A DNA stretch of 64,000 bases from Oscillospiraceae bacterium (GTDB lineage: Bacteria > Bacillota > Clostridia > Oscillospirales > Oscillospiraceae), in NCBI GenBank assembly GCA_009784725.1, contig WQXS01000008.1, positions 15,186 through 79,185 of the forward strand, written 5' to 3'. The notes under the pieces are model-generated. The model made no database searches. It saw only the letters and a program-made list of their open reading frames with translations, and was not told the DNA's origin. This document shows positions 55,939 to 64,000 of this stretch, one piece after another. The position numbers were made by a program, and so were the translations under genes. The first letter of the stretch is position 1. Each line of letters opens with the position of its first letter.

Positions 55939-58602
55939 TTATTTTTTATCGCGCTTTTTCCTATTCTTTTTATTAAATATATATCTTTCCCCGATAAAAC
56001 CCAAGGCTGCAATCCCGATAAAGACAAGACTTGCATAAAACATATAAATATATAGTGATGACCTGTTAATAGTTCCTGTTTGAGGAGCTCTTTCTATTTC
56101 AATCAGCTCTGCGGTCAGTCTTCCGTTATTTCCGAGCTGCTGCATATCGGTACGTCCCTCTCCGGGTATGTAAGCAAACCTGTTTAATGTTACATGCGGA
56201 GCTGTTTCTGTCGGATTTGATGCCTTTGCCACCTCTCTTTCATTCATCCCCGGCCGTCCTGTTTGATAAAACGGGTTAAGCATATGCGGTTGAAAGAAAG
56301 ACATACTAACATTCATAAGATATTGATTTGTGTAGAAATATACATTATTACCGCTTTTTTTGTGTAAAGCCCTGTATGAGTCGGAAACACCGGTTTTTAC
56401 CATTTCATCACTTAAGCCCACCTTGTAATTAACACGGACCGGAAGCTTGTTTCCCGTTACACTGCCGGTATCCCTGTCAACCTTGCGCTGCGGTATCAAA
56501 ACTGCCGGGATATACCAGCGTACCATTTGGTCACCCTTTCGAAGTGTTCTGTTCAAAGGATTACCTGCAGGGTCGTTGTTGAATATTTCTTCAAACAAAG
56601 TGTTATTTTCAAGAGCTGTTACTACATGAAACGTTATATACATCAGATCGGTTGCTCCGCCTGTATGTACTGCCGTATTTAATGTACCCCACATCGGATA
56701 TACTTTTACTTCCGCAACTCCTCTTTCGGGTATTGTTGCAGGTGAACCGTCCGTGTTGTAAAAGCTGCCTGCAAAATCTCTGTTCCCGTAAGCGTAATAC
56801 CTTATGCAATTGTTTGCGGCAAGACTCCCTGATGCAATATTTGATTCAATAAGCGCTGAAACTCTTTCTTTTTGAATATACCGTATACTGTCATATTCAT
56901 GGACACCGGGCATGTTTCCATAGTTCATATGGCGGTACAGAATATCTTCATATCTTGTCCTTGCTCCGCCCGTGTTATTAATAATTGCTTCTGCAAATCC
57001 GTTTCTGTTAAAAGCGGTATTGTCAAATTCAAATCCGGTGATTCCTTTAAACTCCATGTATTCCCCCAATACATCCGAGAATACCAGATAGCCGTCAAAC
57101 TCTTCTTCACCGGGTTCGCTTGAAGTAGCTCCCGAGTAACTTTCTCTTTGTAAATCAATCGCAATTGACGCAAACGCATCTCTTAGCGTCTGTAAATCAT
57201 TTGCAGGGAAAAATGCATCGGCAAATGCAAGCTCATCAAGTGTTAACGCTTCACTGTTATTTATTGTTGCATCCTGCCATATATAATTCGGATAAACAAG
57301 CCTGAACTGTGCAAAAAAGCTTAAAGTCCCGGAGGTTATAAAATCACGCAGCTGTTCTCCCATTGATATAATCGGGGCATTGAGCGGAGGGCCTGACGGA
57401 TAAGGTCCTGCAATTGTATCGCCGTTTGCATCGGGATATGCCAAATCGGCATTACCGTCCGCCGAAACATTTGCCTGATCAAACGGGAGCATTGTTGCCG
57501 AAATCAACAGTGGTGCGGGAACATCATTAAGACTTATTGTATAAAAGCCCACAGGTTCATCATTTAAACCGCTGTAATTTAATACGGTCGGATCATGCAA
57601 AGGGTTGCTCCCGTAATATCTCTGATATACCAGCCTTTTTCTGTGTGCAGCCGTAAGTACCGTGAGCAGGCTTACGCCTGTTTCCCCGTTGCTTCCGTCA
57701 CCGTGAGTCTGATTTGTGTCCGTCGGGTCTGCGGTGAATAAATAGTCACTCCATGCCATTGTGGGTTCACCATCGGTCATCAGAATAAAGTTCGGCTTTC
57801 TTGTCACCATAAATTGTGTTCCGGCGGGGTCGGTAAAGGGCTCACCTGTAGGTGTCAGTGCAGGAATTGTAAGTTCGTCTGCATTTTCCAGAATACTTGA
57901 CCCGTACAATATTCCCCGCTGCGTCGGAGTAGAACCTTGAACAAGCACCGAAGTTGTATTTCTGTTTGTGGTATTAACATCGACATAATTATTCGGGCTT
58001 CCCGGTCTGTATGTAAAAAAGTCTGCTGCTCCCTGTATCAGCTCGGGACGACCGAGCGGAATTACATACTCGGCTCTTGAAAACCCGCCTGTTCTGCCGC
58101 CGTAGGCAGCTACGGCAATCCTGTTTTGAGCGTTAGCATCAAGAAGTATTCCGACCGCTTCATTCAGAGCTTCAACCAGTACGGCAATTCTCGGACGGCC
58201 TGCGATACTTTCCATGTACATGCTTCCCGATACATCAATAATAAAAACGGTATCTGTCGGAATAACATAACCGTCGTATAAAGAAAATGATTGACTTAGC
58301 GCCGATAATGTAACAATGAAATCGTCCGCTCCCGGGGCTGTGTTGACATTTACACTTTTATCTGTCCAGATTCGCCCGTCGTGCAGCTTTGGTATATCCA
58401 GAAAACCCATATTCGCAGGTGCCGATGTGTCGGGGTCAGCTTCTCTGCCGGCATAATCAATACTGTAAAAAAGTGTTGATGCAAGTGATGTAATAAAGGG
58501 TGTAGCTACTGACAGCAGCATAATAATTGTTAAAAACAAATATGCCGGTTTTATCAGACGTTTGCTTTTTGAATCTTTTTTGTGCATAGACAATAATCTC
58601 AC
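55939..58602 (-). CDS. Large secreted VWA-domain surface protein with sortase-like C-terminal sorting signal
   Basis: 887 aa, N-terminal signal/TM, MIDAS DVSGSM. The C-terminus has APQTG, then a hydrophobic stretch, then KKNRKKRDKK. Start is GTG 58602 or ATG 58587. Confidence 0.85.
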   Translation of the reverse strand: MRLLSMHKKDSKSKRLIKPAYLFLTIIMLLSVATPFITSLASTLFYSIDYAGREADPDTSAPANMGFLDIPKLHDGRIWTDKSVNVNTAPGADDFIVTLSALSQSFSLYDGYVIPTDTVFIIDVSGSMYMESIAGRPRIAVLVEALNEAVGILLDANAQNRIAVAAYGGRTGGFSRAEYVIPLGRPELIQGAADFFTYRPGSPNNYVDVNTTNRNTTSVLVQGSTPTQRGILYGSSILENADELTIPALTPTGEPFTDPAGTQFMVTRKPNFILMTDGEPTMAWSDYLFTADPTDTNQTHGDGSNGETGVSLLTVLTAAHRKRLVYQRYYGSNPLHDPTVLNYSGLNDEPVGFYTISLNDVPAPLLISATMLPFDQANVSADGNADLAYPDANGDTIAGPYPSGPPLNAPIISMGEQLRDFITSGTLSFFAQFRLVYPNYIWQDATINNSEALTLDELAFADAFFPANDLQTLRDAFASIAIDLQRESYSGATSSEPGEEEFDGYLVFSDVLGEYMEFKGITGFEFDNTAFNRNGFAEAIINNTGGARTRYEDILYRHMNYGNMPGVHEYDSIRYIQKERVSALIESNIASGSLAANNCIRYYAYGNRDFAGSFYNTDGSPATIPERGVAEVKVYPMWGTLNTAVHTGGATDLMYITFHVVTALENNTLFEEIFNNDPAGNPLNRTLRKGDQMVRWYIPAVLIPQRKVDRDTGSVTGNKLPVRVNYKVGLSDEMVKTGVSDSYRALHKKSGNNVYFYTNQYLMNVSMSFFQPHMLNPFYQTGRPGMNEREVAKASNPTETAPHVTLNRFAYIPGEGRTDMQQLGNNGRLTAELIEIERAPQTGTINRSSLYIYMFYASLVFIGIAALGFIGERYIFNKKNRKKRDKK

Positions 58603-58697
58603 TTTCGGTTTAAATCCTGTGATTGCCCGCCCTCAAGGTGAAGGCGAGCAATGCATAATACCGGTTACCGAGGGGGTCGGTAAGCGATTCAGAGAGG

Positions 58698-60509
58698 CTA
58701 ATATTTTCCAAACTCCCCGGAAGCCATTTCATCAGGATAGATTTTTCCGGTTTCAGCCGGCGGCAGGAAGCTGTCCTGCTGAGTTGGAGGAAGGGCATTG
58801 ACCATGTTGCTGTGTGCCTTCAGTTTAAACTGTGAAATGAGCTCTTCAAGCATGGTTGACTGACTGCTCATTTCCTCCGAAGCTGCTGCACTTTGCTCCG
58901 CAGTTGCCGAGTTTTGCTGAACGACTTGAGCAACCTGGTCAATGCCTATATTGATTTGAGATATCCCGAGTGATTGTTCTTCGGACGCTTTTGCGATTTC
59001 TGTTATAAGCTCACCGGACTCACTGATACCCGAAACAATTTCTTTTAAGCTTTCGGCTGTTCCTCCCGCTATTTGTGAACCTAGCTCGGCTTTTTCCATG
59101 GAATTTTGAATCATATCACCCGTATCCTTTGCCGCCTCGGCACTTTTGGATGCAAGGTTCCGGACTTCTTCGGCAACAACGGCAAACCCTTTACCGTGCT
59201 GTCCCGCCCGCGCTGCTTCAACTGCTGCATTAAGAGCGAGTATATTTGTCTGAAATGCTATATCATCAATAGTTTTTATTATCATGCTGATAGACTGGCT
59301 TGCTTCGTTTATTTCTTTAACAGCCGTTATCATTTCATCCATTTGGTTGCTGCCTTTTAATGCATTTTGCTTAATTGTTTCGGAAAGCTTTGAAGTCCGG
59401 CTTGCAATTTCTGCATTTTCTTTTGTTTTGCTTGCTATTTCGGTAATTGAGCTTGAAAGTTCTTCTATCGATGAGGCCTGTTCTGTTGAGCCTTGTGCAA
59501 GAGACTGGGCTCCGTCCGCAACCTGCTTTGCACCTGTAGATACCTGTGCGGTTGATGTTCTGATTCCTCCGAACATATTATTTAAGTTGTCGACAACATG
59601 TGAAAGCGATGAACCCATTGTGTCGGCATCCGATAAAAGCTTCACGCTTGCAGTAAGGTCTCCGTTTGCAATTGTTTCAAGCTCTTTTGCAACATAGTTT
59701 ACATGGTTTATAAACAAGGTAGAATCTGCAATTGTCTGCCCTATTTCATCCTTAATAATTGAAAACGTTTTTAGCTTGCCTGCTTCATCTTCGGTAAGAA
59801 CTATATCTCCGGTGGTACCTGCTTTTTTCATAAAGGCGGAAAGCACAGCAAGAGGTTTGCTGATAAGCCTTGATATATAAAGTGCAAGAAAAACAGCGGA
59901 AGCCAGTGCAATAATAAGTACGCCGATTATTATGTATAAAAGCATGTCTGCTGTGTCTGATGCAGATTGTGCCGCATTTGCAGATGTATCTATTTTCATT
60001 GAAAAGCATACATCAAAATTTTCAACAATTTTATTGGTTGCTTCGGTATATTCCCTTAAAATGTGATACAACTCACTTGCCTCAGTTCCGCTTGTTGCCT
60101 CTTCATATATCCGCATAAAACCGGCACGGAACTGTTCTTCATAAATAGTCCGCGCTTCTTCAAAAAGCCTTTTTGCTTCGGGTGCCCGAATCGTAAGATA
60201 ATATGCATCCAATGATGTTTTCATGATTTCATCATATCCGTCTGCATTTTTGCGCGCAGTTTCAATCATCTCGCTGTCGCCGACGGCAGCGCCGATAATC
60301 ATCTCTCTCATGCCTGCACGCTGACGCTGCAGCATTTCAATTGCCTTGCTCAGATCCGGCATAGGGATTGTCTGCATCTCATACATATCATCAAACGAAG
60401 CATTGATTTGCAACATTCCGTATATTCCGACAACACCGACAATAGCGGTCAAGGCGGCAATAATCAAAAAGCTGGTTATCAGTTTTGCCGCTACTTTTAA
60501 GTTCTTCAT
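58698..60509 (-). CDS. Methyl-accepting chemotaxis protein
   Basis: Start re-placed at ATG 60509 (GGGAGG upstream). Conserved signalling hairpin [32 protein letters not shown]. Confidence 0.93.
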   Translation of the reverse strand: MKNLKVAAKLITSFLIIAALTAIVGVVGIYGMLQINASFDDMYEMQTIPMPDLSKAIEMLQRQRAGMREMIIGAAVGDSEMIETARKNADGYDEIMKTSLDAYYLTIRAPEAKRLFEEARTIYEEQFRAGFMRIYEEATSGTEASELYHILREYTEATNKIVENFDVCFSMKIDTSANAAQSASDTADMLLYIIIGVLIIALASAVFLALYISRLISKPLAVLSAFMKKAGTTGDIVLTEDEAGKLKTFSIIKDEIGQTIADSTLFINHVNYVAKELETIANGDLTASVKLLSDADTMGSSLSHVVDNLNNMFGGIRTSTAQVSTGAKQVADGAQSLAQGSTEQASSIEELSSSITEIASKTKENAEIASRTSKLSETIKQNALKGSNQMDEMITAVKEINEASQSISMIIKTIDDIAFQTNILALNAAVEAARAGQHGKGFAVVAEEVRNLASKSAEAAKDTGDMIQNSMEKAELGSQIAGGTAESLKEIVSGISESGELITEIAKASEEQSLGISQINIGIDQVAQVVQQNSATAEQSAAASEEMSSQSTMLEELISQFKLKAHSNMVNALPPTQQDSFLPPAETGKIYPDEMASGEFGKY

Positions 60510-60525
60510 AACCTGTCCTCCCGAT

Positions 60526-60570
60526 AAAAAAAATACCATCGGCATTTATTTTAATGCCGTATGGTATTTT
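60526..60570 (-). terminator. Intrinsic terminator after M23 peptidase gene
   Basis: On the minus strand: AAAATACCATACGGCATT-loop-AATGCCGATGGTATTTTTTTT. Confidence 0.8.
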
Positions 60571-60681
60571 GCACATCGTCCAAATGGACTATTTTATCAA
60601 TATTTATTATTTATTTTGCTGTTTATTTGAATAAAATCAATGTTATTATTTGATATTAGTTTCGTATTTTATGGATAATAA

Positions 60682-62046
60682 TTAGGACAAATATGGTTCC
60701 GGGTTTACCCTTGTTCCGTTTACAGACACTTCAAAGTGGACATGCGGTGCCGTTGCGTTTCCTGTTGAGCCGTTTAGCCCGATTTGCTGACCTCTGGTTA
60801 CATAGTCACCTCTTTTTACTGAGCTGGAGGTGAGGTGAGCATATAATGTTGTGATACCGTTTCCATGAGAAATCGCTACATAGTTCCCGTAGCTTTGTTG
60901 ATGAGAAACAGTAATAACTGTTCCCGACTCTGCGGCAACAACACTTGCACCATGCGGCCCGCCTATGTCGAGACCGGAGTGCATTCTTCCGCTTCTTGGT
61001 CCGAATCTGCTTAAAATCGGTCCGTTCATCGGCCACATAAATTGCCCGGTTCCGCCTGTCCCGCTGTTATTTTCGTTACCCGGGCTTGCACCGGTTGTGT
61101 TTTCACCGGTTGTGTTTTCACCGGTTGTGTTTTCACCGGTTGTGTTATTATTGGCTGTGTTTCCGGTATTTCCCTGCAGTTCTCTTTGACGTTGCAACTC
61201 ACGTTCACGGCGCTGTCTGTCCAGTGCCTGCTGTCTTCTGAGTGCTGCAACAGCTACATTAATAGCATTTTGAACCCGTTCTTCCTCATCTACAAGAAGG
61301 TCATATAATGCCTGTTCTGCTTCAATATCATCTTCAAGCTTAAGAATCATTTCATGCGCTTCTTTAAGCTGTTCATCCAGTTCGATTTTCTTTTCATCAA
61401 GCTGTTCTTTTTCTATATCCAGCTCGTCTTTTGTTTCTTCAAGGTCTGCCTTAATAGCTTCGGTTTCAGTTCTTGCAGCTTGGAGGTTTGAATATGTTTT
61501 TTCATCGGAACGCATAATGTCAACAATAAAATCCAATCGTGCAAGTAAATCGGAAAAGCTTGTGGAGTCGAAGATTATTTCAAGATATGAAATTATCCCG
61601 TTTTCTTCCATGTCACGGACACGGGTTCTGTATTTTTGCAGCTGGGTTTCTTCTCTGCCTTGAGCTAAATGTACTTCATATTCTTTTTCTCTTATAAGTA
61701 AATAAAACTGGTCAATAGTTTCATTAATGTTTTCAATTTCAAGACTTGTAAGTAAAATTCGCTCGTCAAGAACTTCTTTTTTGCCTAGTTCGCTTTGAAG
61801 TTCAAATCCGGTGGCATCGATTTTTTCCTGAACTTCGGTTTTCCGACGTTCGTATTCTTTCTTTTCCGCTCTGAGCTTGTTGATTTGTGACTGCGACGGA
61901 TTAATTATTTGAACACCGTTAACAGCAGGCGCTTCATTTAATGTTAAAGCATCTGCAAACCCTGTTATGGTCGGCGTAATTAGAGAAAAAAATATTATCA
62001 TGGCAAGAGCGGCTGATTTTATCTTAACTAACCGATTTCTGAACAT
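60682..62046 (-). CDS. M23 family peptidoglycan metalloendopeptidase with N-terminal coiled coil
   Basis: 454 aa. HSGLDIGG and HVHFEV metal motifs, and a long coiled coil (EnvC-like layout). Confidence 0.9.
   Translation of the reverse strand: MFRNRLVKIKSAALAMIIFFSLITPTITGFADALTLNEAPAVNGVQIINPSQSQINKLRAEKKEYERRKTEVQEKIDATGFELQSELGKKEVLDERILLTSLEIENINETIDQFYLLIREKEYEVHLAQGREETQLQKYRTRVRDMEENGIISYLEIIFDSTSFSDLLARLDFIVDIMRSDEKTYSNLQAARTETEAIKADLEETKDELDIEKEQLDEKKIELDEQLKEAHEMILKLEDDIEAEQALYDLLVDEEERVQNAINVAVAALRRQQALDRQRRERELQRQRELQGNTGNTANNNTTGENTTGENTTGENTTGASPGNENNSGTGGTGQFMWPMNGPILSRFGPRSGRMHSGLDIGGPHGASVVAAESGTVITVSHQQSYGNYVAISHGNGITTLYAHLTSSSVKRGDYVTRGQQIGLNGSTGNATAPHVHFEVSVNGTRVNPEPYLS
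61089..61148. repeat. In-frame 15-bp tandem repeat, about 4 copies
   Basis: CACCGGTTGTGTTTT x3 plus one degenerate copy. Encodes (TGENT)n in the linker of the M23 peptidase. Confidence 0.9.
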
Positions 62047-62166
62047 CGCTGATTATTACCTCCGGTTGGCTGTTCGGTAACAAATTTATTGCAATAAAAC
62101 TTTTACTGCAACATCTTGTTACTATTTTGACATCAATATTCGCTCTAATTATACATAATAATAAAT

Positions 62167-62204
62167 AAAATGCAAGTTTTTAATTTGGATATAACTTGCA
62201 TTTT
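62167..62204 (-). terminator. Intrinsic terminator after PBP-like gene
   Basis: AAAATGCAAGTT-loop-AACTTGCATTTT, with a U-rich tail on the minus strand. Confidence 0.7.
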
Positions 62205-62239
62205 ACTATAAATTGGCTGTTAAAGTTGTTTATCGGCTT

Positions 62240-63925
62240 TCACCTATTTGTTATATTAAAGTAGTAATCGAAAATATTTTTTGATATTTTTATGATTGCA
62301 CCGTTGGAACCGCCTTTTTCAAGGACCACCGAAATTGCAATTTCGGGGTTTTCGGCAGGAGCATATGCGACGAAAACACCATCGATATAATTGTGCTCAT
62401 CTGTCTGCACTGTTCCTGTTTTTGAAGCGACATTAATTGGATAGTCTCCGAAAACAGACCGTGCCGTGCCGTCTCTGCCTCTTGATGCTGCAGTCATGCC
62501 TTCTTGAATGATTTCTATTATATCTCTTTCTTCAATTATATTACGGATGGTTGGTTTGTATGTGATAAGCTCCTGCGAGTTATCAGAACTTTTTACACTT
62601 TGCAAAAGAGAAAGTGAATAGAGTGTCCCGCCGTTTGCTATTGTTGCGGCGTAGTTTGCCAGCTGTACAGGTGTAAAGCTGTTATAACCCTTTCCGAATG
62701 CCGAAAGCTTAGTATCAACAACATACCATGTGTTATCTCCGGTGACTTCTTCTTTGACAGCCGGAAGTGCCGGATGCCCTTCGTTTTCGGGAATTTCGAT
62801 ACCTGTCGCAACTCCAAGCCCAAACTCATTTGCGGCATCTGCAAGTTTACCGGCTCCGGCTTCTGCACCAAACCAGTCGGCTAATTGCATGAAATAAAAG
62901 TCACACGAGCATTCAAGAGCTTGTACAATATCCAGCGGTCCATGCCCGATTCCATGTATATCATAAATCCAGCAGTTTAACACGAATCCGCTGCTTTCAT
63001 ATTTGTCAAATATGCCTGTATCGTCAACCACGTAATCGCGAGGTTTTACACTCGGAAGATTACGAAACCCGGCAAGAGTTGTGACCATATAAAATGTTGA
63101 ACCGGGTCTGTATAAACCCTGTGTAGTCCTGTTAAGCATTGGATATGTATTATCCGATTGTAAACTTTCCCTGTTCTCGTCAAAACTTGTCAGGTCAAAA
63201 GTCGGATATGAAGCGGCGGCAAGTATCTCTCCGGTATTGGCATCAACTACAACAACAGCTCCGCCGGGTATAAGCTCCGAGTCATCATGCCCAAGACTCT
63301 TACGCTCACGGTTTATACTTTCGATTTGTTCACGCAATGCATTTTCATCTGCTTCTTGCAATTTAATGTCAAGCGTCAGGTACACATGCTGACCCGGAAC
63401 CGGTTCATCGGTCACTTCAGAATCCAAGACTGTTCCATCTTCAGACACCTCAGCAATTTGCTTCCCTTCTGTGCCGCGTAGTATTTCATCAAAAGAGAGT
63501 TCTGCTCCCTCATTCCCCAGTATATGCGAGGCGTATTCTGTGTGATATTCACGGATATAAGAGTTATCAATACTTGATAACCGGCTTGATACCAAAAGTA
63601 TGCCGTTACGGTCATAAATGTTCCCGCGCGCTGCCGGCACAGTGAGTACATGCGCTTGGTCCTGCAGTGAGTTTAGTTCGTCATTTGTACCTTGCTGTTG
63701 CAATAACAGGAAAAATAACGATCCGATTAATGCTATGATGATAAAAGACGATAAGGTGTATTTAAAAAACACACGCATATTATAGCTTCGTTGCTTTTGA
63801 TATATAAGCTTATCCATTCTCGCATCAAATTCCCCGCTGAATGTTACAGGGGCCGATGCAACTAAATCGTTTAACTCGTATTCTTTCAGAGCACGGGTTA
63901 ATTTTAAATCATTGGATAATTTCAT
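62240..63925 (-). CDS. Membrane protein: short cytoplasmic anti-sigma-like N-terminus, one TM, and a PBP2-like dimerisation/transpeptidase ectodomain with degenerate SxxK
   Basis: 561 aa. RGNIYDRNG, SCDFYF and KTGT motifs are present, but motif 1 reads STFY instead of STFK. GAGAGGTG RBS. Starts 13 nt after the sigma-factor stop. Confidence 0.85.
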   Translation of the reverse strand: MKLSNDLKLTRALKEYELNDLVASAPVTFSGEFDARMDKLIYQKQRSYNMRVFFKYTLSSFIIIALIGSLFFLLLQQQGTNDELNSLQDQAHVLTVPAARGNIYDRNGILLVSSRLSSIDNSYIREYHTEYASHILGNEGAELSFDEILRGTEGKQIAEVSEDGTVLDSEVTDEPVPGQHVYLTLDIKLQEADENALREQIESINRERKSLGHDDSELIPGGAVVVVDANTGEILAAASYPTFDLTSFDENRESLQSDNTYPMLNRTTQGLYRPGSTFYMVTTLAGFRNLPSVKPRDYVVDDTGIFDKYESSGFVLNCWIYDIHGIGHGPLDIVQALECSCDFYFMQLADWFGAEAGAGKLADAANEFGLGVATGIEIPENEGHPALPAVKEEVTGDNTWYVVDTKLSAFGKGYNSFTPVQLANYAATIANGGTLYSLSLLQSVKSSDNSQELITYKPTIRNIIEERDIIEIIQEGMTAASRGRDGTARSVFGDYPINVASKTGTVQTDEHNYIDGVFVAYAPAENPEIAISVVLEKGGSNGAIIKISKNIFDYYFNITNR

Positions 63926-63938
63926 TTTGAATCACCTC

Positions 63939-64000
63939 TCATTTCAACGCTTCACGTAAAAATACTCTTGCCCTGTTCAGACGGCTCCGAACCGTTCCCT
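63939..64000 (-). CDS. ECF-type sigma-70 family factor, C-terminal end only (5' part outside window)
   Basis: Own translation of the minus strand: ...GTVRSRLNRARVFLREALK*, a typical region 4.2 HTH tail. Only 20 codons are visible. Confidence 0.6.
   Translation of the reverse strand, partial: GTVRSRLNRARVFLREALK

Noticed and set aside
58562-58801. Two ~60-80-aa ORFs on both strands between the MCP and VWA genes
   Set aside because: They largely overlap the 3' end of the MCP gene, have no RBS, and have odd composition.

Overview
This is a chromosomal segment of a mid-GC Firmicute, most likely a Clostridia (Oscillospiraceae/Ruminococcaceae-like) genome. Conserved housekeeping blocks are ylxM-ffh-rpsP-khpA-rimM-trmD, yceD-rpmF, DUF512-der-plsY-gpsA-murD, glyA-yqeG-M24 peptidase-efp, folC, trpS, nth and mtaD-ahcY. 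They are interspersed with signalling and envelope genes. I support about 65 protein genes. Three come from my own reading rather than the ORF track: rpmF, an edge-truncated oxidoreductase and an edge-truncated ECF sigma factor. Several start codons were re-placed using RBS evidence. I saw no rRNA, tRNA, CRISPR array, transposase or integrase.

Things worth a second look:
1. A DsbA/FrnE-like thioredoxin-fold gene has an in-frame TGA exactly at the first Cys of its CxxC motif (33145-33147). It is either a selenoprotein candidate or a fresh pseudogene.
2. An ECF sigma factor is followed 13 nt later by a membrane protein whose PBP2-like ectodomain has a degenerate SxxK motif (STFY). This looks like an anti-sigma factor with a pseudo-PBP sensor.
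3. A 1.77-kb cassette carrying an AAA+/DUF4143 ATPase sits at the ahcY 3' end. It is bracketed by perfect 66-bp direct repeats, has iteron-like 23-bp-phased repeats, and has no recombinase.
4. A family of three ~150-nt intergenic palindromic elements shows a compensatory arm change.
5. A putative minus-strand operon encodes an orphan solute-binding protein, a Cache/PAS hybrid kinase with Hpt, an SbnA-like PLP enzyme, a LAL (STAND-LuxR) regulator and an oxidoreductase. It faces a divergent REC-PAS-HK-REC kinase and a creatininase.
6. A large VWA surface protein carries a sortase-like APQTG sorting signal.

All family assignments are by-eye motif recognition. No database searches were run.
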